From: Nitrospirota bacterium
Lineage (GTDB): Bacteria > Nitrospirota > Nitrospiria > JACQBW01
Direction of reading: 5' to 3'
NCBI GenBank assembly: GCA_016201875.1
Contig: JACQBY010000134.1
Span: 1-37,219 of the forward strand
DNA: 37,219 bases
A program made the position numbers and the translations under genes. The first letter of the stretch is position 1, and each line of letters starts with the position of its first letter. This document shows, in pieces, positions 16,997-27,452 of the stretch. A model generated the notes under the pieces. That model made no database searches. It had not been told where the DNA came from and saw only the letters and a program-made list of their open reading frames with translations.

Positions 16997-19900
16997 TTAT
17001 CTTTGAAGTTTCAGAAACATGTTGTTATTGGCGTCTATACCAAAATTAAAAAAAGCGGATGCGGAATCGGAAAAAGCCTGGACACCGGTCCCTAAAACGG
17101 AAATTTGAACCCCCTCGACGTTCCGGACAATGCTCCCTCCGCCCGTCGCGTCTCCCACCGCGTCAACCGTCGTTCCGCTATACTGAATGGCCGGAGATCG
17201 AGGGGAAATGTTTGAAATATTTCCAAAGGTCGCGCTCCCCTGATAAGCGGTTAAAAACCGGTTCCCGGAAGCGCCCTGAATCGCATGGACATTCTTCACC
17301 CCGGGGGAAACGTTATAGATGATGAAACGGCCGGAGTCGTCGGTCTGATTCCCGGGGAGAATATTACCTGAAGCGTCAAGGTACCGTGGAATTCCCACCG
17401 GGCTTCCGTCAAGATCAAGCGCTTCAATCGTAACGTTTGGAAGAACGACATCCTTCCCCGGCATTAAAGCCAGGCTTCCCGACCCTTTTTTATACACCAA
17501 AAGATCAGAATAGGTATCGTCATTAAAATCGGCAATCAATAGATTCGAGGGATTCCCCAGGACAGAATAAACGGTTTTTGTGCCAAACGTGCCGTCACCC
17601 AGGCCGGGGAGGGTCAAAATATTCCCGGAAACCGTGGTCACCACCAGATCGATTCTCCCGTCTGAATTGACATCATTGAGGGCCACAAACTCAGGAAACT
17701 CAGGAGGCTCCGGAAACCTTGACAGGAGTACGGGGGGACTCTGTGCCTGGCTGAATAATCCCCCTCCCTTTCCGAGCAATACCGATACCGTTCCCGATCC
17801 CTGGTTTGGAATCACAAGATCAGCCAGGCCGTCTCCATTCATATCACCCGCCGCAATTCCAACCGGAAAGGCCCCGACAGGATAAGGGCTGTTTGGGGCA
17901 AGGACAAAAAGTCCCGTCCCATACCCCAAAAAGAGGGCGACATTGTTGCTCCCCGAGTTGACGACCGCCAGATCGAGATTCCCGTCGCCGTTAAAATCAA
18001 GGCTTAACAGGGCGATGGGGAGATTCCCCCGGGTATTATAGGGATATTTTGTACTGCTGAACGTGCCGTCTCCATTCCCGGGAATAAAATAATAGGCGCT
18101 GGCCGCGGAACAGAGGACCACGAGATCGACTTTGCCGTCTCCGTTAAAATCAGCCGCCGATACGGCAACCGGAGCGCACCCGGACGGCAGAGCGAGAGGA
18201 ACGTATGGAGGAACGCCTGCCGGAATAAAATTCCCTTTGCCGGTTCCTAAAAAAATCGTCAGGGAATCGCTCCCAAGGTTTGCCACAATTAAATCTAAAA
18301 CCCCGTCGCCGTTGATATCTATCGACCGGACGGAAACAGGGTTGGCCCCGGTGATTAAAGGGGAACCGGAGCTTTCTCTGAAGGCGCCGTCTCCTCCGCC
18401 TAAAAGAACGGTCAGTTTATTGTCGTTGTCCCTCACATAGGCGACGTCGATTTCGTTATCTTCGTCAAACAGCCCTTCCGCCATTCTCTGCTGGGAAATT
18501 CCGGGCATCGGGGCAGAGGAAAATGAAAACTGGTTTAACGGGACAGGTGTTGAAAACCCCGTGCTCGCGACCGTGCCGCTCAAAATCCCTTTGGAAAAAT
18601 CGACCGTAAAAGGGGAGGGTCCATTGGAAACCTGGTTTTGAATGGCCGGCCTCGTAAGCGCCCAAAAGGTCATGGAGCCCATATTTGAAATGACCGTGTC
18701 AAACAGAGAATAGGTGTCGAGCGAATCCGCCTGAGGCCCCCTGGCTTTAACCGCGTACCGGCTGAACGTCGAAAAGGACCTGGAAAAACTTCCGTCCGAT
18801 GCCGATTGGAAACGGACTTTCTCTCCCATCACCGATAGACTGGCATTACCGATAGCCGTTCCATCAATATCCCGGGTCACTCCCGAAACCTGGATAGCCG
18901 GCGGAGAGGAGTTATTGACATCTATGTCCGAAAGGACTATTCCGTTCGAATACGAATGAATCCACCGGTTGCCCGAGTCATCCTGGGACACGGCCCGGAC
19001 CTGGACAGGCCCCGCGGGGAGATTAAAAATGATAAACCTTCCATTCTTTGCCGACGCCTGATTCAACGTCGGAAGCCCGGACGAATCAAAATAACGGATA
19101 TCTCCCACGATATTCCCCGACGTGTCCGAAGCCTGAAGGATGACTCCGTCTGTCCCCCGGCCGGTTTTATTCTCTACGATCATCCCGGCGAGGATCCCTT
19201 TAGAAGAATCATATTGCGCTGAAAGACCGGCCGCGCTCAGATATTGGCCAAGCCCTGTGGCGGAATAAAGAGCCAAAGTTTTTAATTGGCCGTCCATTTT
19301 TATATCCTGATAGGTATCCAGATAAGAAGGCTTGCTCACTTTAAAGGTATAAGAAGCCTGATCGAGAAAAACCTTATCCGCCAGCGGTATATTAAAATAA
19401 CCTGCCGGATCGGCTGTGGTCAGGGAGAGCGCATTACCCAGGGCAAAAACAGCCGCGAGACCGATGGGAGTTGTTCCGTCCGAATCGGCCACGTTCCCCG
19501 AGAGTCCCTGGAAAAAGTTATTTTTTCCCAGAGCCGTTTGTCTCACCGTCACTTTTTTAATCGACGCGCTCCCCGGAAAAATTTCAACCTTCTCCACTCC
19601 GGCAAAATAGGAGAGCCCCTGGGCCGTTTCCTCAAGGGCGGTCGCGGAAAGATTCACCCTTCCGGGGGGGAGGTTAAACGCAATATACGATCCGTCGGTG
19701 ATGCCGACCGAAATGGAAGGGCAGGTTTTGGCGGAAGGCATGGCGCAATCGTACGTTTGAATATTAAAACCGGAATCATAATAACTGATTTTTTTTCCGG
19801 CCGGATCATCAAACCAGAAAAAGGTAGGGATTAACGTCCCCGTGACTGGATCTTTGTATGACCCATTCTGATATATCCGGGGCTTTCCGTTAGAATCCAT

Positions 19901-20860
19901 ATTTAAAAACGTCCCCTGATCATCGGTTAAAATCACGGCGGAATAGGGCCGCCGGGTTTCATCCAGACCCTGTACCACCCCCACCAGAACCCCTTGAGCG
20001 GGGTTAAACGCCGTAAAACGGGTCTGTGTCAGGCTGTCCTGCAGGGAAGCCATTGAAAGAATATCAATATTTTCAGTCACATCCACAGCGCCCTGGGGGA
20101 GCGCGGCCAGATCGGTCGCTATTTCCTGGTAGGTGGGGAGATATCCCGCGGCAGAGGCTTCGATTAAAAAACGGCTATCGGACCCGAGGGAGGGGAACCG
20201 GTACAATCCTGCAGGTGGGGAAAAGACGGAGAGGCCTTTTAAACCTGCCGGAGCCAATAAAGCGCCGGAAACATTGACGCCGGTCTGATACGCCCTAACG
20301 TTCCCGGTCACTCCGATAAAAGGAGGGGGCACTTTAACCATCCCGATATTAATCAAGGAGACCGCGTCCGAATAAGATAAGACCGATGTTTTGCCCCTTC
20401 CCCCCTGGACGGCTTTAAGATAAACCTCGCCGGGAGGCGCGTTGAGAAGGGTAAACCCTCCGTTGGCGCTGGTCCCGGCCTGGTTTGAAAAATCGGGAAC
20501 CCCTCCCAGGTTATTATAAAAAAAATCGCCTATTTTATTCCCGTCCGCATCGGTCGCTTCGAGAACGATATTTGAAATATCTCCTCCAAAAATCGCCAGA
20601 AGGTTTCCGCTCACAGACCCCGTTCCGGAAACTTTTGAGACGTTGGCCGCGTTGAACAAATTCGCAAGATCGGCCTGGGAAATAATCCTGAGGAGCGATT
20701 GATCGGCCACTGTATTCTTCAAGCCTGTATGTTTATTAAAAATATAGGTCGTGGTATAGGGAACGTTTTTATCTCCCTTCTGCTCGCAGCAAAAGGGAAA
20801 ATCGGAATTGGCGCAACCGGTAAAAAAAAGGACGAGAATTAAAAAAGGTTTTCTTAACAT
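16997..20860 (-). CDS. Large lipoprotein with carboxypeptidase-regulatory-like repeats and an FG-GAP/VCBS beta-propeller
   Basis: Lipobox FTGC; repeated DxNGDGxxDL and LGxGxGxF motifs; recurring G.F..xNxPxG.V units. Confidence 0.85.
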   Translation of the reverse strand: MLRKPFLILVLFFTGCANSDFPFCCEQKGDKNVPYTTTYIFNKHTGLKNTVADQSLLRIISQADLANLFNAANVSKVSGTGSVSGNLLAIFGGDISNIVLEATDADGNKIGDFFYNNLGGVPDFSNQAGTSANGGFTLLNAPPGEVYLKAVQGGRGKTSVLSYSDAVSLINIGMVKVPPPFIGVTGNVRAYQTGVNVSGALLAPAGLKGLSVFSPPAGLYRFPSLGSDSRFLIEASAAGYLPTYQEIATDLAALPQGAVDVTENIDILSMASLQDSLTQTRFTAFNPAQGVLVGVVQGLDETRRPYSAVILTDDQGTFLNMDSNGKPRIYQNGSYKDPVTGTLIPTFFWFDDPAGKKISYYDSGFNIQTYDCAMPSAKTCPSISVGITDGSYIAFNLPPGRVNLSATALEETAQGLSYFAGVEKVEIFPGSASIKKVTVRQTALGKNNFFQGLSGNVADSDGTTPIGLAAVFALGNALSLTTADPAGYFNIPLADKVFLDQASYTFKVSKPSYLDTYQDIKMDGQLKTLALYSATGLGQYLSAAGLSAQYDSSKGILAGMIVENKTGRGTDGVILQASDTSGNIVGDIRYFDSSGLPTLNQASAKNGRFIIFNLPAGPVQVRAVSQDDSGNRWIHSYSNGIVLSDIDVNNSSPPAIQVSGVTRDIDGTAIGNASLSVMGEKVRFQSASDGSFSRSFSTFSRYAVKARGPQADSLDTYSLFDTVISNMGSMTFWALTRPAIQNQVSNGPSPFTVDFSKGILSGTVASTGFSTPVPLNQFSFSSAPMPGISQQRMAEGLFDEDNEIDVAYVRDNDNKLTVLLGGGDGAFRESSGSPLITGANPVSVRSIDINGDGVLDLIVANLGSDSLTIFLGTGKGNFIPAGVPPYVPLALPSGCAPVAVSAADFNGDGKVDLVVLCSAASAYYFIPGNGDGTFSSTKYPYNTRGNLPIALLSLDFNGDGNLDLAVVNSGSNNVALFLGYGTGLFVLAPNSPYPVGAFPVGIAAGDMNGDGLADLVIPNQGSGTVSVLLGKGGGLFSQAQSPPVLLSRFPEPPEFPEFVALNDVNSDGRIDLVVTTVSGNILTLPGLGDGTFGTKTVYSVLGNPSNLLIADFNDDTYSDLLVYKKGSGSLALMPGKDVVLPNVTIEALDLDGSPVGIPRYLDASGNILPGNQTDDSGRFIIYNVSPGVKNVHAIQGASGNRFLTAYQGSATFGNISNISPRSPAIQYSGTTVDAVGDATGGGSIVRNVEGVQISVLGTGVQAFSDSASAFFNFGIDANNNMFLKLQR

Positions 20861-20923
20861 ATTAATCTTCTTATTTTATAATCAAATCCCTTATTTTCAA
20901 AGAGAAATGTGAGATGGCTTCAC

Positions 20924-22378
20924 TTAAAAGCTGTAGGTGAGATCAAATTCCATACGGCTTTCATTTTTAAAAAAACCGACAAACGTAAATTCTCCCGGCA
21001 TGGGCCCCCCGATGTCACCCACCATCAGATCAAGCCCGAATGAAAGCTTGAAACGGTCTGTCAGCCCATACTCGATTTTCGGCCTGACAAGGTAATCATT
21101 ATCGACCAGAAAATAGAGCACCAGAATCGACGGCACCAGGCGGTCATTCCTTAAAGGTTTTCTGGCAAAAAGAGAGAGGACGGTGTCATATTCCCTCTGG
21201 ATAATATTCGGGTCATAATTTAAAATTTTTTGCTGCTGCATCGATAAAGAAATATCGGCGGAATAAAGGGTAAAATCGGCCCCAACGGCATATTTCAAAT
21301 AATTTCTTTTTATCTCTCCATAAAAAAATTGCGCCGGGTCGGCCGGATCGACCCCGAGAAGGGTCCCGAAATATTTATCCCGGACAAGAGCCCCTTCCGC
21401 GTTTAAAATCAGTTTTCCAAAAGATTTTGAGAGGGTTCCCCCATAGACCCTGACTTTGGTGTAACGGGGCTGGAAAACCACATCGGGAGAGACTCCGAAC
21501 CCTCCGAGGCCGAAAACCGACCGGTAAGAGGCCGGAAAGGGGTCCCACATATAATAATAGCTGACGGCCAGATCGGCGCCAAAAAGGGGTTTGGATAAAC
21601 GGATCCCCCAATCGGCATTTTCAAGATTGCTCTTTGGGACCGTCGTGCCGGGCAAGATCTGAAACTGTTCGAACTGACTCGCCTTTGGCGCCGGTTTATG
21701 AAATTTCAGGTCGGGAATATAGAGGCCTTCGAGGGCCCACTCTCCAAGGTAAAGATCGGACTTTACCATCCATCGGGGAAGGTACCGGTCGGCGACCTCC
21801 CGTAAAATAAACTCCTTAAAATCAAGGGGGTTGATTTCATCGAGGATTCTGGCCCCTTCAACCACCCCCCAGCGGACAATCTGCCTGCCGAGACGGAGAT
21901 CGAGAGCGGAGAAATGAGCATCGAGGTAAAGTTCCCTGAATTCGGCATTTTTATTCTCGATATCCACCCCCCGAAGATTCCCCACATCGGTCCCGGCAAT
22001 TTGCGGGACCGAAGGACTGTCGGTTAAAACCGTCCGGGGGCCGATAATCCGGCTGAGAGAGTCGATCTGCGCCAGGTCGGGCGCGATATCATAATAAACC
22101 CATGGGATGACGGTTAATTGAAACTTCGGAGAGAACGTGTAATGCGCTTCTATTCTCAACACCGACATGATCTTGGTAAAAACAACGGGATTGTAAATCC
22201 GCATGGCCGTCTCCTGCCGGAAATAACCGGAATAACTGAAATGAGATAAAGCGCCCGATGGCGTTTCTTCCGCGGCCAGAGGACGAGCGAAAAAGGTGAA
22301 AAGTGAAAAGTGAAAATTGAAAATTAAAAGATAAAAAACAAAATAATTCAATTGAAGGCGGTCCCGTAAACTTTTCAC
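20924..22378 (-). CDS. Outer-membrane beta-barrel, DUF1302-like
   Basis: FRELYLD..DLRLGRQIVRWG pattern; amphipathic strands; C-terminal LTYSF. Confidence 0.72.
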   Translation of the reverse strand: MKSLRDRLQLNYFVFYLLIFNFHFSLFTFFARPLAAEETPSGALSHFSYSGYFRQETAMRIYNPVVFTKIMSVLRIEAHYTFSPKFQLTVIPWVYYDIAPDLAQIDSLSRIIGPRTVLTDSPSVPQIAGTDVGNLRGVDIENKNAEFRELYLDAHFSALDLRLGRQIVRWGVVEGARILDEINPLDFKEFILREVADRYLPRWMVKSDLYLGEWALEGLYIPDLKFHKPAPKASQFEQFQILPGTTVPKSNLENADWGIRLSKPLFGADLAVSYYYMWDPFPASYRSVFGLGGFGVSPDVVFQPRYTKVRVYGGTLSKSFGKLILNAEGALVRDKYFGTLLGVDPADPAQFFYGEIKRNYLKYAVGADFTLYSADISLSMQQQKILNYDPNIIQREYDTVLSLFARKPLRNDRLVPSILVLYFLVDNDYLVRPKIEYGLTDRFKLSFGLDLMVGDIGGPMPGEFTFVGFFKNESRMEFDLTYSF

Positions 22379-22428
22379 TTTTTCCTTTTTACATTTACAT
22401 TTAACTTTTTACTTTTCACTTTTTACCT
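22290..22428. repeat. Inverted pair of degenerate 7-mer tandem arrays ((gtgaaaa)n ... (ttttcac)n) overlapping the barrel gene start
   Basis: 22290-22337 ggtgaaaagtgaaaagtgaaaattgaaaattaaaagataaaa; 22370-22428 acttttcactttttcctttttacatttacatttaactttttacttttcactttttacc. Confidence 0.85.
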
Positions 22429-25400
22429 TTAAAATGAATAATTGACCGTTAATCCCAGCGTATGTTTTTTATAACCTCCGATGGGGGCAGTTTGCTCGCT
22501 TAAGACATCATTCACATTCCGGCTAACCAGGGCAGAAAGGTTCGAAGCGACGCTTTGCCATCCTGCCGAAGCCGTCAGGGTCACATTACTGTAAAAAAAC
22601 CAGGTCACTCCGGCATTGAGGCTGACCGATTGATTTTTACGATAGAGCGCCCCCAGACCCGCCTGTAATGCCGCCGGATCGGGATTCTTATACAGGACCT
22701 GTCCATAAGCGATACTCAAAGAACCGTTATAATAATCTAAAAATTTCCGATTGTAGGTCACTCCGGCATTCCAGGAAATCTGGCTGTCATCGCTGGCCAC
22801 GACATCCCTGTTGGCCGCGCTCATCACCCAGGACAATCCGCCATAACTCTGAAGACTTTTAAAAACGGACCAGCTGACGGCCTGCTGAATGGAATTATAA
22901 AAGGGGTTGATCGCGGACACGCTGTAGGCATAACCCAGATGGGTCGTGATGGAGTCAAACCAGTTCCCTTTTGTCTGGATGTCCGCGCCGAACTGGCTGT
23001 TCCAGCCCGCAAATCCGCCGGCCTGATAACTCATTCCCATCGACGGAGAAAGGACAACCGTCAGGCCGTTTAAATCGGGCCATCTGGCCTCGAAGGAAAC
23101 GCTTTCGCCGTTAAAGAGGCGTTGATTGTCATAATAAACCGAATTTGAAACGCTCAATCCGCCTGAGAGAATCACCTTCAATGATTTATAAAAACTGTAT
23201 TTCAAGCTCAGGGCATAAACTGAATAGACTTCGGAGCTTTCAAATGCTTCACTGTTGCCGGCGTTGCTGTCGCTGCCAAAGAGCGTCGCCGAAACATTTC
23301 CGGAAACCCTCTGCTGATAATAATCAAGACGGGCCTGAAGGAGCACCCCCTCTTTAGACTTTTTATTTACCAGGTACTTTGCTCCCTTCTTGAAGTTTTC
23401 ATACGCCCCATGGAAGTCCCCCCGCCGCTCCTGGATGATTCCAAGGTAGAAATAGGGAGATGAAAAGTTGGGGCTTTTTTCTATGGCTTTTTGATAAGCG
23501 TCCGCCGCCCGATCATCGTCCTCCACCGCTTCGTAATAATTCCCAAGGTCATACCAGGTATCCCCCTCCCAGGGGACAAGTTCGGTTGCTTTCAAAAGGA
23601 GTCTGCCGGCTGTCGGGTATTCTTTTCTTTGCATCAGCAAAGCCCCGACGATAGAATAGCCTTTCGCCTCTTCGGTCCTGGTAAGCTTTGGCCTTATTTC
23701 ATCGAGTTTTTTCACCGCCTCCCTGACCTCCTCCTCTTCCGGTTTCCCGAGAGCGATGACCTGTTCATACTCGCTGAAGGCTGATTTGTAAGCCCCTGCC
23801 AGATCATAAAGGATGGCCAGCCTGTAATGGGCGGCAAAAAGATCAGGTTTCAGTTCAATCGCTCTTTTAAGCGCATATTCCCCCGATACCAGGTCGAAAT
23901 TCCGGATGTACGCAAAACCGAGATTGTAATAATAATAGGCGTTATCCCGGTTGAGGCGGATAGCCGCCTCGAACTCTGCCACCGCTTTTTGAAGCATGTT
24001 TTTTTTATCCCGGGAAACAGGAACTCCCTCTTCAGGGGGATTCTCTTTTTCCAACTGTTCCAGCGTCTGCATCGCTTCATTTCCGGATTTAAAATGCGCT
24101 TCGCTTTCGGCCTTTTGTTCTAACCCCTCCATCTCTTTTTTAGCCGTCTGAACCAGTTTCCCTTCTTTTCCCAGCAGGATCACCTTTTTCATCTCCTCGA
24201 TGCTTTCGGTATATTTTCCAACCGCTCCGAGTAAAAGACCTGATTGGAAACGGGCTTCCAGGTAATCGGGATTTATTTTTAAAAGGGCCTCCAGGTCTTT
24301 TTGAGCTTCCACCGGATTTTTTTGTTTTATTTCCACCAGAGCCAGCGCATAAAGGGCCTGAACCTGCTCCGGCACGAGACCCAGCGCTTTTTGATACGCT
24401 TCTTTGGCTTCGCTCCATTTTTCTTCTTTAAAGAGCTGATTCCCCGACCTGATATAGGAAAACAGGGCTCTGGCTTTTTCGGGAGACCCGCCCATTTGAG
24501 AAAGAAAATATTTTGCCCGCCTGCTCCATTCGCTCTCTTTTTGATCCATTTGAATCACCTCCTCGAGCAGAACAATGGCTTTTTCATATTTTTCCTGGCT
24601 CTGGTAGATTAACGCCAGATCGATTCTCGGGGAGGGGAGTTCCGGATAAAGGGCAAGGATCTGTTTGGAATAGTCCCCGGCTTTTTCTAAATCGAGGCTG
24701 GTTTCCCGGAGATAAATCTTTCCCAGACTGTCAAGCGCCTGAAGGTTTTTTGGCGAAAGGGAAAGCGCCTGAATAAACTTTTCTCTTGCGGCATCGATGT
24801 TTTCACTTTTGAGGAAGGCCCCCCCTTCGTCCAGAAGAAGCTGAATCTCAAGCGTCCTGGCAGAATCATCCCCGAACTGAGCCAACTCCCTCTCCGCCTT
24901 CGCCAGCTCCTCTTTGAATTCTTCCGGATTTCCGAGCTGATGGATCAATTCTTTCACTCTCGAAAATTCATTGAAGGCTTTTTGAACCTCTTTCTCTTTG
25001 AGATAAATCTGCCCCAGAAAAAGATGCCCGGGCACGAGCGATGGCTCTTTTGCAACCACATCGAGAAAGAGTTTCCTGGCCTCGGGCAACCTCTCTTTTT
25101 GAAAAAGGATCACCCCGAGTCCGAATTTTGCCTTGATATTTTCAGGGACACTCTTTAAAATCCCGCGGTATTCCAGTTCCGCCGCGTCAAGCTTCTTTTC
25201 TATTTCAAACAGGGAGGCCGCCTTTTTTAACCTGGAAACGATCTCAAGAGCGATCTCTTTTGTCTGGCCTGACTGCTCCATTTTTTTTCTCGCCTCAATA
25301 ACCTCCCGGAATTGCGGTGTTTTCTGACCCCGTTGAAGAATGGTCTGATACTCCTCCCAGGCCTCTCCCACCCGCTCCTCGGCCTCGTAGGCTTCTCCCA

Positions 25401-26100
25401 GCAAAAGATGGGCAAATAGAAGCCCCGGATTAATCGAAATAATCTTCTGGAGATATTTCTCCGAGGCCTCATATCGGGCCAGTTCAAATAAAAGGGTCCC
25501 CGCGTTTTCAAGCGCTTCCATCTGATCGGGCGCAAGATCAATGACCGATTGATATTCCATCAGGGCCTTCTCCCGCTCCTTTTTTTTCAGGTAAGCGCTC
25601 CCTTTTGACAGATGATCTTTGATTTTTTGAGCCTTTTCAGGGGTTTCTCCGATCTGGGTGAGGCGGAATTTTGCCGTTGCCACAAAAGACGCAAAGGCTT
25701 TGTTGACATTTTCAAGTGAAACCGTCTTTTGATAATTGAGAATGGCATTGGGAAGATCGTTTTTGAGTTCAAAAACCTCCCCTAAAAACTGGTAAGCAGG
25801 GGCATAATCGGGCTGAATGGAGATGGCGGAGCGCAAAGCCTTTTCAGACTGATCGATCAGTTGTTTCTGAAGATAAACCCGCCCCAGGCCAAAATAGGCC
25901 CTGTGGTTATTGGGATTTTTGATCAGGGCTTTTTTAAACTCCTCCAAAGCGGCATCCAGCTTTCCCTGGGATAAATATTCTGTCCCTTTTTGAGTGGGGT
26001 CTTTATCCGCGGGAGTGTCAGAAGGTGTCACAACAGGAAGATCGGGAGGGGTCTGGCCAAATAAAAATGCCGGATAAAAAGAGAAGAAAATAAAAATCAA
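22429..26100 (-). CDS. Multi-TPR protein with a C-terminal outer-membrane beta-barrel; true start may be ATT at 26193
   Basis: Many TPR-like repeats (A...LG..Y...A...Y..A..L.P); last ~300 aa are amphipathic strands ending LTVNYSF. Confidence 0.85.
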   Translation of the reverse strand: MIFIFFSFYPAFLFGQTPPDLPVVTPSDTPADKDPTQKGTEYLSQGKLDAALEEFKKALIKNPNNHRAYFGLGRVYLQKQLIDQSEKALRSAISIQPDYAPAYQFLGEVFELKNDLPNAILNYQKTVSLENVNKAFASFVATAKFRLTQIGETPEKAQKIKDHLSKGSAYLKKKEREKALMEYQSVIDLAPDQMEALENAGTLLFELARYEASEKYLQKIISINPGLLFAHLLLGEAYEAEERVGEAWEEYQTILQRGQKTPQFREVIEARKKMEQSGQTKEIALEIVSRLKKAASLFEIEKKLDAAELEYRGILKSVPENIKAKFGLGVILFQKERLPEARKLFLDVVAKEPSLVPGHLFLGQIYLKEKEVQKAFNEFSRVKELIHQLGNPEEFKEELAKAERELAQFGDDSARTLEIQLLLDEGGAFLKSENIDAAREKFIQALSLSPKNLQALDSLGKIYLRETSLDLEKAGDYSKQILALYPELPSPRIDLALIYQSQEKYEKAIVLLEEVIQMDQKESEWSRRAKYFLSQMGGSPEKARALFSYIRSGNQLFKEEKWSEAKEAYQKALGLVPEQVQALYALALVEIKQKNPVEAQKDLEALLKINPDYLEARFQSGLLLGAVGKYTESIEEMKKVILLGKEGKLVQTAKKEMEGLEQKAESEAHFKSGNEAMQTLEQLEKENPPEEGVPVSRDKKNMLQKAVAEFEAAIRLNRDNAYYYYNLGFAYIRNFDLVSGEYALKRAIELKPDLFAAHYRLAILYDLAGAYKSAFSEYEQVIALGKPEEEEVREAVKKLDEIRPKLTRTEEAKGYSIVGALLMQRKEYPTAGRLLLKATELVPWEGDTWYDLGNYYEAVEDDDRAADAYQKAIEKSPNFSSPYFYLGIIQERRGDFHGAYENFKKGAKYLVNKKSKEGVLLQARLDYYQQRVSGNVSATLFGSDSNAGNSEAFESSEVYSVYALSLKYSFYKSLKVILSGGLSVSNSVYYDNQRLFNGESVSFEARWPDLNGLTVVLSPSMGMSYQAGGFAGWNSQFGADIQTKGNWFDSITTHLGYAYSVSAINPFYNSIQQAVSWSVFKSLQSYGGLSWVMSAANRDVVASDDSQISWNAGVTYNRKFLDYYNGSLSIAYGQVLYKNPDPAALQAGLGALYRKNQSVSLNAGVTWFFYSNVTLTASAGWQSVASNLSALVSRNVNDVLSEQTAPIGGYKKHTLGLTVNYSF

Positions 26101-26252
26101 AAAAAAAGAGAGAACCTGTCCGACCCGTGGACCGGTCGATCCAAAGACCGGAGGAGAAAAATAAATCTTAATGTTCGATTTCCTGAAAATAATAAAGTTT
26201 CCTCCTGAGAGGTTCTTGAATAAAATATCCTATTTGCCTTAAAAAACAAACA

Positions 26253-26295
26253 AAAAAAAGGGAGAACCGGGCATGGTTCCCGAATTCTCCCTTTT
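26253..26295 (-). terminator. Intrinsic terminator between the 335-aa gene and the TPR gene
   Basis: aaaagggagaa..cggg..cccg..ttctccctttt stem followed on the minus strand by a U-tract. Confidence 0.78.
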
Positions 26296-26330
26296 AGGTC
26301 CTGACAACGACCTGCTAGCCTGTCACAGAT

Positions 26331-27338
26331 TTATGGAACTAAAGCCTGTGTCGCAGGATCATAGCTGCTGGCCGGGAGTCCTGGCGCAACAGGAGGAGTA
26401 TTCCCGTCAGTAACCGAAACGCTATTGTTAAACAGCTGACCGTAGGAACCGATATCAAGACCAGCTGATTGCTGACCGGCTTGATTATCACCCACAGCCT
26501 GGGCAACCGAACCGGTGTTAAAGTAATCCGGTCCACCGAACGGATCGATGTTGCCTGTCCATGTGGCATCAACAAGTCCCAAGTCGACAGCGATAGACAA
26601 ACCACCGCCTGCCACGGTTGCCTGATTCATGACCTGGAAACCAGCCGCGGGATTGAGGTTATCCGCATATTCGAACATCGCCAGTCTCTGATCGATATAA
26701 TCCGCATCCGCTGGTGAAGCAGTGTGATTCATCTGCTGGCTCAAACGGTTTCCGAAATCTAAAGGACCTTCTTCAAAGCCGCTGACAAGCGCTGTGGTAA
26801 AAGTCCCCTGATTGAAAAAGTCGGTACCGACAGGGATGGTCGCACCACCCTGAGAGTCAAGCAGAGTGACCGCGCCTGAAGGAACAAATGTGGAGCAACC
26901 ATTGTCACCGCACATTCCGAAAAGGAGCTGGTCTAACGCGTAACCCGTTGTCGAATCAGCTCCGCCGGTATACTGAGTACCTGCGTAGCTAACCTGTGTA
27001 GGAACGCTTCCAAGGCCGAATCCGGTACCGGAACCGCCCGCACCCTGATCAGCCGCAAACGTACCGGCGTTAACGGTACAGGTGTTAATTAAACCAACGT
27101 TCGGACCAGCCGGACAGGTGACATTCGGTCCAAGATTAACGCTTTTCCCGAATAATGTTCCATCCAGGTCAAGACTTGCAGATGTTGTTGTTGTGGTAGC
27201 CGCCATTGCGCCACCGGCCATGGCCAGAATAGCGACCATAGATAACATAAGTATCGATTTAAGTTTCATACTTTTCTCCTTCATGACCTTTAGGTCATTG
27301 TTAGTTTTGTTTGTTTTGTTCATTGATAATATTCGCAT
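26331..27338 (-). CDS. Secreted acidic Gly/Thr/Ala/Gln/Asn-rich protein, candidate abundant surface or fibre subunit (alternative start 27269)
   Basis: Signal peptide ..AMAGGAMA; mature region nearly devoid of Lys/Arg; two Cys pairs; strong SD at both in-frame ATGs; own terminator. Confidence 0.8.
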   Translation of the reverse strand: MRILSMNKTNKTNNDLKVMKEKSMKLKSILMLSMVAILAMAGGAMAATTTTTSASLDLDGTLFGKSVNLGPNVTCPAGPNVGLINTCTVNAGTFAADQGAGGSGTGFGLGSVPTQVSYAGTQYTGGADSTTGYALDQLLFGMCGDNGCSTFVPSGAVTLLDSQGGATIPVGTDFFNQGTFTTALVSGFEEGPLDFGNRLSQQMNHTASPADADYIDQRLAMFEYADNLNPAAGFQVMNQATVAGGGLSIAVDLGLVDATWTGNIDPFGGPDYFNTGSVAQAVGDNQAGQQSAGLDIGSYGQLFNNSVSVTDGNTPPVAPGLPASSYDPATQALVP

Positions 27339-27377
27339 TTTGTTTCACCCCCTCTCCATGCTTAGGTTCTACTTACT

Positions 27378-27411
27378 GACATTCAGAGCCGACAATTCGG
27401 CGCTGAATGTC
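27378..27411. other. Long stem-loop in the 5' leader of the 335-aa gene
   Basis: gacattcagagccga-caat-tcggcgctgaatgtc, 14/15 paired. Confidence 0.65.
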
Positions 27412-27452
27412 TTCGCCGGGTGTATCGCCACCCGAAGAAACTGATTAAACCC

